This document shows, in pieces, positions 28,673-39,127 of a stretch of DNA of 64,000 nucleotides (positions within the stretch are counted from its first letter, which is position 1; each line of letters begins with the position of its first letter). The notes under the pieces were generated by a model that ran no database searches, had not been told where the DNA came from, and saw nothing but the letters and a program-made list of their open reading frames with translations. Location of the stretch: positions 32,001-96,000 of the forward strand of contig CAVSJV010000002.1 of NCBI GenBank assembly GCA_963728405.1, in the 5' to 3' direction. This stretch comes from Methanomassiliicoccaceae archaeon. GTDB taxonomy: Archaea > Thermoplasmatota > Thermoplasmata > Methanomassiliicoccales > Methanomassiliicoccaceae. The translations under genes were made by a program, and so were the position numbers.

Positions 28673-29548
28673 CTACTTCTCTAATGTGACCGGACGCGCG
28701 GCCAGGAAGATGGCCGCGAACACCAGGGCCGCCCCGAAGATGGTGACCGGTCCCAGTGGTTCGCTAAGCAAGATCGCGCCGAGAAGAACGGCGAACACGG
28801 ACTCGGACAACAGGACCGTGGCCGAGGTGGTCAGCGACAGGGACCGTAGACCTATGGCCCATAGCATGGTAGGCACGGAGGTGCACAGCAGCCCGACGTA
28901 TAGGAGAGCCAGGGGTGAGATGGAGGCCGCATCCCCAGGGCCGCCTCCCAGCACCATGAGGAGCAGCAGCGGCATGACGCTCAGCAGGTGGAAGGACATG
29001 ACCCATTCGTCGTAGCCCATGCGCTTGGTCGCGATCTTGGTCAGCGGATAGGTCACGGCGATGGAGAAGGAGGCGCCCAACAGGAGGATGTCCCCCAGGA
29101 ACATGCTCGAGCTGAGGAAGGAAATGTCCCACTCAGTGGTTACGGTGAACAGACCGAACAGACCGATGGCCACGCCCAGCGCCCGTCTCCAGCCGATGAC
29201 CTCGCCGAAGAACAAGGCCGACAGGGGGGCCACGAAAATGACATTGCTGCCGACGATCAGGCCGCCCACCGAAGCGCTCGTTATGGTCAGACCAACGTAC
29301 TGGCAGGCGATCATCGAGGTGGCCGCCAGCATGCCTGCCCACACCTCCCATCGCCGGAAGATGGTCCAGTCTACTCTCTTCCTCCGCTTCACAATGAGCA
29401 GGGCGAGGATGCCGCCGATGGACATGGTCAGGGCGCCGAAAAGGAACGGGCTCGCCCCCCCCAGTCCGCCCTTGATGACCACGTATTGGGAGCCGTACAG
29501 CAGACTGGCGATGAGGGAGAGAAGGAGGGCGAACCTCTCATTGCTCAT
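28673..29548 (-). CDS. DMT/EamA family transporter
   Basis: 10 TM duplicated EamA pattern; LFFGE, LGD, ESVFA...LLSE. Confidence 0.88.
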   Translation of the reverse strand: MSNERFALLLSLIASLLYGSQYVVIKGGLGGASPFLFGALTMSIGGILALLIVKRRKRVDWTIFRRWEVWAGMLAATSMIACQYVGLTITSASVGGLIVGSNVIFVAPLSALFFGEVIGWRRALGVAIGLFGLFTVTTEWDISFLSSSMFLGDILLLGASFSIAVTYPLTKIATKRMGYDEWVMSFHLLSVMPLLLLMVLGGGPGDAASISPLALLYVGLLCTSVPTMLWAIGLRSLSLTTSATVLLSESVFAVLLGAILLSEPLGPVTIFGAALVFAAIFLAARPVTLEK

Positions 29549-29713
29549 CCTTTCGAACGCTCTGACGGCCGTATATCCCACCCACCTCTACCGATCAAGG
29601 TCCCGATAAAAACGCTCCTTGCAGATAGCCTTTGCCGAAGTTCGCTCCCCTCAACGAATTCTGATTGTTGGAAAGTTATTTTGACTGCTTGGTCCCTTAA
29701 GCAACTGAATTCT

Positions 29714-30565
29714 ATGTTCGAGAGGATATTGTTCCCCCTTGATTTTTCTGAGCAGTCCCTTCAGATGTTCGATTGCCTGCTGGAGCTAAAGCACTTGGGC
29801 ACCAGGGAGATCATCTTATGCAATGTTCACCCGCTCGGGGAGGAACTTTCCGTGGAGCAACAAAAGATCATGGACGACCTCAAAAAAAGCCTGGATGACT
29901 CGGGCATCGCAGCGATAGAGGCGATAGAGCAGGGCGATCCAGTCGAGCAGGTGCTGAAGGTGGCAGAGAGGGAAAAGGTCACCTTGATCGCGATGGCCTC
30001 CAGCGGCAAGGGGAAGGCGAGGGAGTTCTTTATCGGCTCGACCTCGTTCGGCATCCTGCGGTCGTCGTCCTGGCCGGTGCTCATCAACAAGTTCCAGGTG
30101 CTGGAGAAGGGCGACCATAAGGAGGTCCGACCGAGCTGCAAGTCTATCTTCCGCAAGGCTCTGGTGCCCATCGATTTCTCGACCTGTACTCCGGTGGCCA
30201 TGGACCTTATCCCCAAGCTCTCGAAGCTTGGCCTGCAGGAATCAGTTCTCTTTCATGTCGTGGAGAGCTCCAAGGCCAACATGGACGACGAGGAGCGGTT
30301 CAAGGAGGTAGTGGACACGGTGCTGAATGGCCTGGACGGACTGCGGGAGAAGCTGGAGGCCCAGGAGTGCAACGTTACTACCCACGTGCATTTCGGGACG
30401 GTGGCGTACAACATCCTGGAAGCATCCAGGGAGCTGGAGGTGTCCCTGGTCCTCCTGGGCGCCCACAGCAAGAGCCTGTTGCACGAGCTGGCCCTGGGCG
30501 GTAACTCCGAGAGCGTGATCCGGAAGTCCTCGGTCCCTTTGTTGATCATCCCTTGCGAGCGGTAG
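29714..30565 (+). CDS. tandem universal stress protein
   Basis: MFERILFPLDFS...GSTS; second domain LVPIDFS...LGGNSE. Confidence 0.9.
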   Translation: MFERILFPLDFSEQSLQMFDCLLELKHLGTREIILCNVHPLGEELSVEQQKIMDDLKKSLDDSGIAAIEAIEQGDPVEQVLKVAEREKVTLIAMASSGKGKAREFFIGSTSFGILRSSSWPVLINKFQVLEKGDHKEVRPSCKSIFRKALVPIDFSTCTPVAMDLIPKLSKLGLQESVLFHVVESSKANMDDEERFKEVVDTVLNGLDGLREKLEAQECNVTTHVHFGTVAYNILEASRELEVSLVLLGAHSKSLLHELALGGNSESVIRKSSVPLLIIPCER

Positions 30566-30570
30566 GGAAG

Positions 30571-31131
30571 ATGGTCGCGGCAGATCTGAGGAAGGCCCTT
30601 CTCGTCCTTTTGGTCAGCTTCATATCCGCGGCCTGGGGCCTGTGGAACGGTCTGGCCTACTGGTCCACTTTATCCCTGCTGGCGGTGACCTGGGTGGCCT
30701 GGACGATCTGGCGGAAGGTAGAGGTTAATACTACCACTCCGATGATGGTGGCCACATCCCTGGCCGCCGTACTTGTCCTCGGGCTGGCGGGTGGTCCGAC
30801 CACCTGGTCATTCCTGGCGGACATCTTCGCCCCTGTCCTCCTCTACTCGCTCACCATAGGCACCATCGCCCCCACCCTAGGCGCATCAAAGGCCTGCGGC
30901 CCACGGACAATGGCCCTGATGGCCTTCCTGGCCACGGTGGCCGCCGGCTGCATCGTCCTATTGGCCCTCTACTATCTTGATGCCCTGCTCTCGACGACCT
31001 ATCTGAACGGGAACAGCGATCTGATGTGGCCTTTATCGATCATTCTCCTGGGCGCTCTCCTGATCTCGACCGTGGTCCATGTCTCCGGCCTCGAGGAGGT
31101 CATCTGGGAAAGTAAGGAGGTGTCGGGGTGA
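30571..31131 (+). CDS. hypothetical membrane protein
   Basis: Multi-TM ORF in apparent operon with its neighbours. Confidence 0.6.
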   Translation: MVAADLRKALLVLLVSFISAAWGLWNGLAYWSTLSLLAVTWVAWTIWRKVEVNTTTPMMVATSLAAVLVLGLAGGPTTWSFLADIFAPVLLYSLTIGTIAPTLGASKACGPRTMALMAFLATVAAGCIVLLALYYLDALLSTTYLNGNSDLMWPLSIILLGALLISTVVHVSGLEEVIWESKEVSG

Positions 31132-31730
31132 GAGAGCGCATGGAGATGGGGCTGTACATCGTTATCGAGATAGGGCTCCTGGGGACCCTGCTGCTGAGCG
31201 TCTACCAATCGGCCCTGTATCCGGCCATGACCGCGCTTATTGGCATGGTCATCATAGCACTACCATGGGCGCTGTACCGGAGAGGAATCGCCCACCTGCC
31301 CTGGCCGGTGACCCTGGCGGCGGGGTCGGTGCTGCTGCTCCACTCTCTCGGCATAGTGTTCCAGTTCTACGACCTGCTGTGGTGGTGGGATACCATGACC
31401 CACATGATGGCCACCCTGATCATTGCCATGGTGGTCTCCCTCGTCCTCCTCTCCCTCGGCCGCTTGATGCCCGGAATGGATGTGCCGATGAACCTTGTTC
31501 CGGCGATGACCCTGGCCTGCGTCATTCTCTTTGGGGTGGTCTGGGAGGTGCTGGAGTTCGCCTTTGATGGGGCATTGGGATTGAACATGCAGTACTCCTT
31601 GGACGACACTGCCACCGATCTTACCTTCGATATCCTGGGTGGCGGTCTGGTCGCCCTGGCCATCTACCCGCTGCTGGTCAATATCAAGAATGCCAGCAGC
31701 AGTATGTTCTATCTTAACGAGCACGACTAG
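31128..31730 (+). CDS. membrane protein (DUF2238/metal-hydrolase-like)
   Basis: WWDTMTH, WEVLEF, DTATDL motifs. Confidence 0.7.
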   Translation: MRERMEMGLYIVIEIGLLGTLLLSVYQSALYPAMTALIGMVIIALPWALYRRGIAHLPWPVTLAAGSVLLLHSLGIVFQFYDLLWWWDTMTHMMATLIIAMVVSLVLLSLGRLMPGMDVPMNLVPAMTLACVILFGVVWEVLEFAFDGALGLNMQYSLDDTATDLTFDILGGGLVALAIYPLLVNIKNASSSMFYLNEHD

Positions 31731-32589
31731 GCGTGTTTACGCATGAGGCCGCCTACGAACTGGCGTAGCTCCGGCCCCAGCTCGGGGTCCTCCAACGCCA
31801 GCTCGAACGTGGTCTTCAGCCAACCGAGCTTATCGCCGATATCATACCTGGTGCCTTCGAATACATAGCCATGCATGCATTCCTGCTGATTCAAGAGACG
31901 CAAGGCGTCGGTGAGCTGAACCTCCCCTCCCTTCCCGGGCGGGGTTTGCTCCAGGCAGTCGAAGATCCCTGGCGAAAGGACGTAAGTGCCGGTGATGCCG
32001 AGATTGGATGGGGCCTGCTCAGGACAGGGCTTCTCCACCAGGTCATCGATCAGATAGGTCCGTTCGCCGACCTTTGTTCCTTTGATGATGCCGTAGTCCC
32101 TGATCTTCTCCCGGGCCACCGGTTCCACCGCGATGACCGAGCCCCCCTCTCTTTATGAACGTTGATGAGCTGCTTGACCACCGGGACCTTCGCCACATTG
32201 ATGGTATCGCCGAGCATGACCACAAAGGGCTCGTTGCCCACATGTTGTTTGGCCAACAGAACGGCATCTCCCAGGCCGCGAGGGACCTTCTGGCGGATGA
32301 AGTGGATGTTGGCCATGTCCGAGATGGCCCGGACCTCGCCGAGCTCCCTCTCCTGGCCCCGGTCCATGAGGAGCTTCTCCAGTTCAGGGGAGCTGTCGAA
32401 GTGGTCCTCGATGGACCGCTTGCCTCGGCCGGTGATGATCAGAATGTCGGTGATGCCGGCGGCAACCGCCTCTTCCACCACGTACTGGATGGTGGGTTTG
32501 TGGACCACCGGGAGCATTTCCTTGGGTTGTTCCTTGGTCATCGGCAGGAACCTGATGCCGAAACCGGCGGCGGGAATGACCGCTTTCAT
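31727..32589 (-). CDS. galU: UTP-glucose-1-phosphate uridylyltransferase, frameshift near 32140
   Basis: [28 protein letters not shown], then VEKP and GEVQLTDA in the second frame. Confidence 0.93.
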
Positions 32590-32593
32590 GGGA

Positions 32594-33856
32594 TCACCAG
32601 CATATCCCTTCGTAGTTCTTGGTCTTTACGACCCCCCGGCCATCAACGACCATCTTGTCTTCGTATAGTGCCGGGTCGGCGAACTCCTTCCATTCGGTGA
32701 CGATAAGCACCGCGGCCGCTCCGTCCACGCACTCGCGGGCCGAGGAGCAGAAGGCGATATCCCGGAACTCTCGGCGGAAGTTGTCCATGCCCTTGGGATC
32801 GTAGGCCTTGACCCTAGCCCCTCTCTGAAGGAGCCCCTTCACGACCGTCCGGGAGCTGGCCTCTCGTACATCGTCGGTGTCTGGCTTGAACGCCAGGCCC
32901 AGGACCGCCACGGTGACGCCACGGACGTCCATATGCTTGTCCAGCAGGGCCAGCAACCGGTCCGGCTGGTGTTTGTTGACCTCCAGGGCGGCCGCCATGA
33001 GCCGTGGTTCCAGGCCCCTACGGCGAGCTTCGGCCACCAGGCCGGAGACGTCCTTGGGGAAGCAGGACCCGCCGAAGCCGCAGCCCGCTCTTAGGAAATA
33101 CGGCCCGATCCTTTGGTCCATGCCCATGCCCTTGGCCACATCCCGCACATCGATGCCCATGTCCTTGCAGATGTTGCCCAGCTCGTTGACGAAGGAGATC
33201 TTGGTGGCCAGGAAGGCGTTGGACGCCACCTTGACCATCTCCGCGGTGGAGGGTGGTACGGTCAGGAACGGGCAATCGAACGAAGCGTACAACGAACGGA
33301 CCAGTTCCGCCGCTCTGGCGTCATGAGAACCGATGACCACGCGGTCGGGGTTCATGAAATCATCGACCGCCATGCCTTCCTTGAGGAACTCAGGGTTCAC
33401 TGCCACCCCGAAGTCCCGACCGGCGGTCATGCCCGAGGCCCTTTCCAATATCGGAGTGACCAGTTTCTCGGTGGTCGTCGGGGTCACTGTGCTCTTGACC
33501 ACGACCACGTGGTAGGACCTTTTCATGGCCAGGACCTTGCCGACGTTCTCGGCGGCCTGCTCTATATAGGTCAGGTCCAGGGAGCCGTCGGGACGGGAAG
33601 GGGTCCCCACGGCTATGAAGGTGAGGTCGGTTCCGTTCACCGAAACGATGTCCAGGGTAGCGCGAAAATCCCCCTTGGCCAGATGCGCTTTCAGCATGTC
33701 ATCGAGCTTCGGCTCATAGATGGGCGCCCTGCCTGCGTTGATCGAACTTACCTTTTCGGGGACCACGTCGATGCAGGTGACATCATGTCCTAGCTCCGAG
33801 AGGCACAATCCCGTGACCAGGCCGACATATCCGGTTCCGATGATCGAGACTTTCAT
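32594..33856 (-). CDS. ugd: UDP-glucose 6-dehydrogenase
   Basis: [34 protein letters not shown]. Confidence 0.93.
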   Translation of the reverse strand: MKVSIIGTGYVGLVTGLCLSELGHDVTCIDVVPEKVSSINAGRAPIYEPKLDDMLKAHLAKGDFRATLDIVSVNGTDLTFIAVGTPSRPDGSLDLTYIEQAAENVGKVLAMKRSYHVVVVKSTVTPTTTEKLVTPILERASGMTAGRDFGVAVNPEFLKEGMAVDDFMNPDRVVIGSHDARAAELVRSLYASFDCPFLTVPPSTAEMVKVASNAFLATKISFVNELGNICKDMGIDVRDVAKGMGMDQRIGPYFLRAGCGFGGSCFPKDVSGLVAEARRRGLEPRLMAAALEVNKHQPDRLLALLDKHMDVRGVTVAVLGLAFKPDTDDVREASSRTVVKGLLQRGARVKAYDPKGMDNFRREFRDIAFCSSARECVDGAAAVLIVTEWKEFADPALYEDKMVVDGRGVVKTKNYEGICW

Positions 33857-34194
33857 TCTACTACTTCCATCCCGCTTTGTCGCTCACCATCTGGAAGGGG
33901 CCATATTATCTTTTCGTGCGCGAGAAGTTCCCTCTCAAGGGACAGGATGGATCGCGCCTTGTATCGACCGGGAAGCGCTCATGTCGATCGGATGGAACTT
34001 CCTGCCTCGGCCGTTATCGCTCCGCGGATGGCCTGTGGGAAGTGGGGGGAGATCTCCGGACGGTCCGACCTTGCTTTCGACCGGACGATAACATGGGGTC
34101 CATTGAGCAATTCCGCGGGCTCCTGCCCCCGTTCTCCAAAGCTAACTCCCTCACATAAAGTTAAGAATGCGCCCGTCATGGCCTTTCCTTAACG

Positions 34195-35499
34195 ATGTTC
34201 GAGAGAATAGCGCGCTTCGCTAATGCCGAGGGAATGGCGGGGCCGGCGTTCGTCATGATCATCGCCACGGTCGTCGGCGGTGGATGCAACTTCCTGTTCC
34301 AGGTGATGATGGCCAACCTAGTTCCCACCGATCTGGCGGAGCTGAACACTCTGCTGGCCATCTTATACATCGTGACCGTACCGGCGAGCGCGGTCCAGAG
34401 CGTCCTTATTCGATATGTTTCCAAGTATAATGCGCAGGGCCGGGACGATGTGATCTCCTGGCTGATGAAACGCATTCTTATCTACACTGCAGTGGCGGGG
34501 ACGGTCATAGCGATACTGCTCATCCTGGTCCTGAATATGTCAGAGGTAAGGTCGACCCTCAAGCTCACCTCCACATTGCCCGTATTATTGTTGGCCATCG
34601 GCGTGCTGATATCGCTAGTCATGCCGGTAGGCCATGGGCCCCTGCAGGGTCTGCAGCGTTTCACCTCATATGGCTTGCTCAACGTTGGCAATTATGTCCT
34701 GAAACTCTCGTTCGGGGTCGGCCTGGTACTGCTCGGCTTCAGCGTCTCGGGCGCAGTGGGGGGTGTCGTGATCGGTCTGGCCTTTGCGGCAGGCCTGTCG
34801 TTCATCCTGGTTCGCAAGTATCTCTTCATGCCGGGCACGCCGGTCGAGGGCAAGGAGATATGGTGGTTCACCCTCCCGGCCATGATCGGCGTGCTGTGCG
34901 TCACCATTCTGTCCCAGGTCGACGTCATCTTCGCTACCAGCCTAATGCCAAAAGAAGAGGCCAGCTATTATGCCGCGGCGTCCACTCTGGCCAAGATCAT
35001 ACTGTTCCTGCCGGGAGCAGTGTCCACGGTCATGTTCCCCAAGATATCGAAGGCCCATGCCGAGAGGGGGGAAACCCTTCGTATCCTCAAGACCGCTTTC
35101 ACCATGACCTTGGCCCTTTCTGGCCTAGTGGTGGCGGCGTACTTCTTGGCCCCTAACCTCATCCTTGACATCCTCATTCCCGGCAACCCCTATAAGGCGT
35201 TGATCGCTCCCATCCTCCAGTGGCTGGGGATCGCCATGTTGTTCCTCGGATTGGCCAATCTGTTCATGCTGTATGGCCTGGCCACCGACGGGCACGCTTA
35301 CATAACGATCATGGGGCTGTCGGTCCTGGTGCTGGTATCCCTTATAGCCGCCGTCGTGGCCAGCGGGGCGGTCTTCACCCCGATGATCCTGACCGCCATC
35401 ATGGTGCTCACCGGCCTGTTCATCGTGACCCTCAGCGGTATATACCTCATCATCATCGAGAGGGAGTGGCGGCCGCGGAGTTCCCGTCGGGCGAACTAG
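34195..35499 (+). CDS. oligosaccharide flippase-family membrane protein
   Basis: About 12 TM; LQGLQRF, YAAA...MFPKIS. Confidence 0.8.
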   Translation: MFERIARFANAEGMAGPAFVMIIATVVGGGCNFLFQVMMANLVPTDLAELNTLLAILYIVTVPASAVQSVLIRYVSKYNAQGRDDVISWLMKRILIYTAVAGTVIAILLILVLNMSEVRSTLKLTSTLPVLLLAIGVLISLVMPVGHGPLQGLQRFTSYGLLNVGNYVLKLSFGVGLVLLGFSVSGAVGGVVIGLAFAAGLSFILVRKYLFMPGTPVEGKEIWWFTLPAMIGVLCVTILSQVDVIFATSLMPKEEASYYAAASTLAKIILFLPGAVSTVMFPKISKAHAERGETLRILKTAFTMTLALSGLVVAAYFLAPNLILDILIPGNPYKALIAPILQWLGIAMLFLGLANLFMLYGLATDGHAYITIMGLSVLVLVSLIAAVVASGAVFTPMILTAIMVLTGLFIVTLSGIYLIIIEREWRPRSSRRAN

Positions 35500-36539
35500 A
35501 TCTTGGGCAGCACTACATGGAAGACGCTGCCCTTGGTGTAATCGCCGGGCACGGTGTTCTCCACCCATATCTTGCCATTATGGCGTTCGACCAGGGCCCG
35601 GGCCAACGCCAGGCTCAATCCGCTCCCCCGGATCTTCTTCTGCTTATCCAGTCGGTCGAAGCGCATGAACAGGAATTCCTTCTTATCATCCGGTATGCCC
35701 CGACCGTTGTCCGTGAACATAAGATGCCAGTGCTCGCCCTCGTCCACCAGGTCGACGGATACGCGAGGTGAGTCCGAATACCGGACCGCATTGGTCAGGA
35801 TGATGCGGAAGACCTCCTCCAGTCCGGGCTCCGCAGCCACACGGTGAGCCCCGGCGGGAATGCGGTCCTGGATATCGGACGGCTTACCCGCGTTCGCCTC
35901 CAGCACCGAGGCCATGGCCTCCTCCACGGACGGCCGCAGGTCTAGGATCTCCGTCGCCCGCAGTGGGCTGGTCTCCAGTTGGCGAAGCGTCCTAGCGGTG
36001 TCTATCATATGGTTGAGCGCCTCGGTCTGGCGCACTGATGTGTCGACGTACTTCTGCAACTTTTCCCGCGGCAGTTCTTGAGATTGGATCATCTGCAGAT
36101 AGCCGTAGACGGCGGTGATATAGTTCGGAGCGTCATGGGTCAGAAGTTCGTGGTACACTTCCAATCGGTCGGTCCTCTTCTTCAACATATCCTCCGAACG
36201 GAGGAACGATCTGAACAGGCGAACGAAGTCGGCCACCAGTTCGCAACCGGTCGAGTAGAGGCATATCAGGGTCCTATCCTCAGGCAGTCCCAGTAGGACC
36301 ATGCCTGGCTGAACAGTGCCGGAGGACAGCTCCACCAATCGCTCCGATTCTAGAGGCAGGGCGGGCGCTCCATACTTCCGCAGTTCCGGGGCGAGGTCGT
36401 TCCGGGACATCCAGGCCTGGCCTTCCATGTTGGCGATGATGGCCTCGCCCTTGTTATCGACAATGAACGCCGGGAACCTGGCCTCGGCGAACGCCAGGGG
36501 CCAAGCGGTTTCCAAATTCTCTCCGAGCGGTGAGCCCAT
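35496..36539 (-). CDS. cytoplasmic sensor histidine kinase (orphan)
   Basis: H-box LLTHDAPN, N-box LTNAVRY, G1 DNGRGIP, G2 GSGLSL. Confidence 0.88.
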   Translation of the reverse strand: MGSPLGENLETAWPLAFAEARFPAFIVDNKGEAIIANMEGQAWMSRNDLAPELRKYGAPALPLESERLVELSSGTVQPGMVLLGLPEDRTLICLYSTGCELVADFVRLFRSFLRSEDMLKKRTDRLEVYHELLTHDAPNYITAVYGYLQMIQSQELPREKLQKYVDTSVRQTEALNHMIDTARTLRQLETSPLRATEILDLRPSVEEAMASVLEANAGKPSDIQDRIPAGAHRVAAEPGLEEVFRIILTNAVRYSDSPRVSVDLVDEGEHWHLMFTDNGRGIPDDKKEFLFMRFDRLDKQKKIRGSGLSLALARALVERHNGKIWVENTVPGDYTKGSVFHVVLPKI

Positions 36540-36645
36540 TTTGACCTCTCCAGTACGATGAGAATTCGTTATGATGATATATTGATGCCGACCTCCGGCA
36601 AGATTTATCATTCCCGAGCATCCTCATTGCCATGGGGCGACCGGT

Positions 36646-38226
36646 ATGACATTCAAGAACGAGGAGACATATCAGCGGATGGCCGGACAGGGGAACACGG
36701 GATCTTTTCATTCCGCATACGAAAGGGCTGCCGACCGACTGCTAGGCCAGGTCAGGACCGCGGAGATCGACTACCCCAATCATATCGATGGCAAGCCCCG
36801 GCTGTCCGATAGGCAGTTCAAGGACCTCAGCCCGGGGGACGATTCACTGGTGGTCGGCCTGTTCCAGAAAGGTACGAGAAATGATGTCGCTGAGGCCATT
36901 CGTTCCTCCAAGCACGCGTTCGAGCTATGGTCCCGGGAGGATTGGGAGGAAAGGGTCAGGGTGTTCGAGAGGGCGTCCGACCTCTTGCGCCGTCAGAAGT
37001 ATGAACTGGCCGCGGCGATAACCTTGGACAATGGAAAGAACAGGTTCGAAGCGATGGCGGATGTGGATGAGGCCATTGACTTCATCGATTACTATTGCTC
37101 GGAGATGCGTCGCCATAACGGTTACGTCCGGGTGAGCGATCCCCCCTTCCCCGATGAGGATGTCAAGATCATGCTTCGCCCCTACGGGACGTGGGCGGTC
37201 ATCTGTCCGTTCAATTTCCCTCTGGCCATCACCGCCGGCATGACCACCGGGGTCCTGATCACTGGCAACACCGCGGTCCTTAAACCCTCCTCCACGGCCC
37301 CCCTGCCAGTCCATCTGTTATATGAGGTCCTGGCCAAGGCCGGCCTCCCCGATGGGGCGCTCAACCTGGTGGCTGGTCCGGGCGGAGAGGTCGGCGACGC
37401 CCTGGCCAAGAGCCCGGAGATCGATGGGGTGGTTTTCACCGGTTCTCTGCAGGTGGGCATGGACATAATCAAGGAATCGCCACCCGGGAGGCAAAGGCCG
37501 GTCATCGCCGAGATGGGCAGTAAGAACCCGGTGATCGTGAGCGGGGAGGCCGACCTCGATGCGGCCGCCCAGGGGATAATATCTTCGGCCTTCGGCTATT
37601 CAGGGCAGAAATGCTCGGCCTGTTCCCGCCTGTATGTCCATCGGTCGGTGCACGACGAGCTCATGGGCCGTCTGGTCGAGATGACCGAGGAGCTGGTAGT
37701 GGGAGACCCCTTTTCCAAGGACACTTTCCTCGGTCCGGTCATCACCACGAAGGCGATGCAGGACTATCTGAAGTGGTGCGAGATGGGTCGCCGTGACGGT
37801 AAGGTCCTTACGGGCGGTATGCGGCTCGAACAGGGCGACCTGGCTCGAGGTCATTATGTAGCTCCGACCATCGTCGATGCGCTCCCGGCCGATCACGAGC
37901 TCGTCAAGCGTGAACTGTTCGTGCCATTATTATGTGTGCAGAGCTTCGACAGCATGCAGGACGCGCTTGCCATGGCGAACTCGACCGAGTTCGGGCTGAC
38001 CGCGGGCATATTCTCGAGGAACGAGGTCGAGGTGAAGTACTTCTTTGACAACATTCAGTTCGGCGTCGTGTATGCCAACCGCAAGCGGGGAGGCTCTACC
38101 GGGGCCATGGTGGGGGGTCAGGCCTTCAGCGGATGGAGGTCCTCTGGCTCCACCGGCAAGGGAACTGGCTCCAACCACTACCTGCAGCAGTTTCTACGGG
38201 AGCAGAGCCGCACCGAGTGCCGCTAG
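36646..38226 (+). CDS. aldehyde dehydrogenase (1-pyrroline-5-carboxylate dehydrogenase-like)
   Basis: PFNFP, FTGS, AEMGSKN, GYSGQKCSACSR, ELFVP. Confidence 0.88.
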   Translation: MTFKNEETYQRMAGQGNTGSFHSAYERAADRLLGQVRTAEIDYPNHIDGKPRLSDRQFKDLSPGDDSLVVGLFQKGTRNDVAEAIRSSKHAFELWSREDWEERVRVFERASDLLRRQKYELAAAITLDNGKNRFEAMADVDEAIDFIDYYCSEMRRHNGYVRVSDPPFPDEDVKIMLRPYGTWAVICPFNFPLAITAGMTTGVLITGNTAVLKPSSTAPLPVHLLYEVLAKAGLPDGALNLVAGPGGEVGDALAKSPEIDGVVFTGSLQVGMDIIKESPPGRQRPVIAEMGSKNPVIVSGEADLDAAAQGIISSAFGYSGQKCSACSRLYVHRSVHDELMGRLVEMTEELVVGDPFSKDTFLGPVITTKAMQDYLKWCEMGRRDGKVLTGGMRLEQGDLARGHYVAPTIVDALPADHELVKRELFVPLLCVQSFDSMQDALAMANSTEFGLTAGIFSRNEVEVKYFFDNIQFGVVYANRKRGGSTGAMVGGQAFSGWRSSGSTGKGTGSNHYLQQFLREQSRTECR

Positions 38227-38377
38227 GGCCGCGGCCACCGACCGGGCGTCCTGGGGCTGATGCGGGGCGCTGAGGAATGGGCAGAGTCTATCTACGTCTA
38301 TAGGAAATTACCGTGCATCGAGGTCAGCGCCCTGACCTAGCTAAATGATTTAAAGTCGATGTTCCGTAGTAGCGCCG

Positions 38378-39043
38378 ATGCTGGGTCTGGAGGAGGTGAT
38401 CGGCCTGGAAGTGATCAGCTCAGATGCGCGGGTCATCGGAACGGTCGAGGGAGTGGGCATCGACCTGGCCGGCTGGAAGGTCCGCGCGTTGCGGGTCGGT
38501 CTCCGACGAGGCATGGAAGAGATGATAGGCCGAAAGCGGCGGTACTTCGCCGTTGACAAGGTCTACATCCGGACCTCAGAGCTTCAGGCGGTCTCCGATG
38601 CGATAATCATGCACAGGCCGGTCTCGGCCATTGCCGACGTCATTCAACCTGAAGGAGAGACCCTGACCCCGGCGGGGGCGTTCATGGGCATGCGGGTCAT
38701 CTGCTGCAACGCCCGGTTCGTTGGCAACGTCGATAACCTGCTCATGGATCCCGAAAAGGAGTGGACGATCCCCTTCATCCAGGTAAAATTGGAACGGGAT
38801 GCCATGGAGCAGCTCAACATGCATCATTCATTCATGGGCTCCTCGCTGATCAACATCCGGACCTCGGACATTAAGGCCATCGGGGACATGGTGATCATGT
38901 CGGTCACCTTGGACGAGCTAAAAAAAGATCTGAGCGAAAAGGTACAGATGGCTCAGCATGGAGCGGGTGGTGGGGCGAGGGCCGAGGCCAAGGACGATGA
39001 TCACACCGAACAAAAGGTCCTGGGGCAGGAGATCGTTAGATAG
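38378..39043 (+). CDS. tandem PRC-barrel domain protein
   Basis: Two repeats: GLEVISSDARVIGTVE...VSDAII and GMRVICCNARFVGNVD...IGDMVI. Confidence 0.75.
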   Translation: MLGLEEVIGLEVISSDARVIGTVEGVGIDLAGWKVRALRVGLRRGMEEMIGRKRRYFAVDKVYIRTSELQAVSDAIIMHRPVSAIADVIQPEGETLTPAGAFMGMRVICCNARFVGNVDNLLMDPEKEWTIPFIQVKLERDAMEQLNMHHSFMGSSLINIRTSDIKAIGDMVIMSVTLDELKKDLSEKVQMAQHGAGGGARAEAKDDDHTEQKVLGQEIVR

Positions 39044-39127
39044 TGGCTTGAAATCAAATTCAATATTCACATTGAGATAATTTTATAACAACATGCCGTG
39101 GCATCGTTCCCAAGTAAGCGTTGGTGA

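Noticed and set aside
33857-34194. Short ORFs in the ugd-flippase divergent spacer
   Set aside because: No motifs or convincing codon bias; treated as intergenic.
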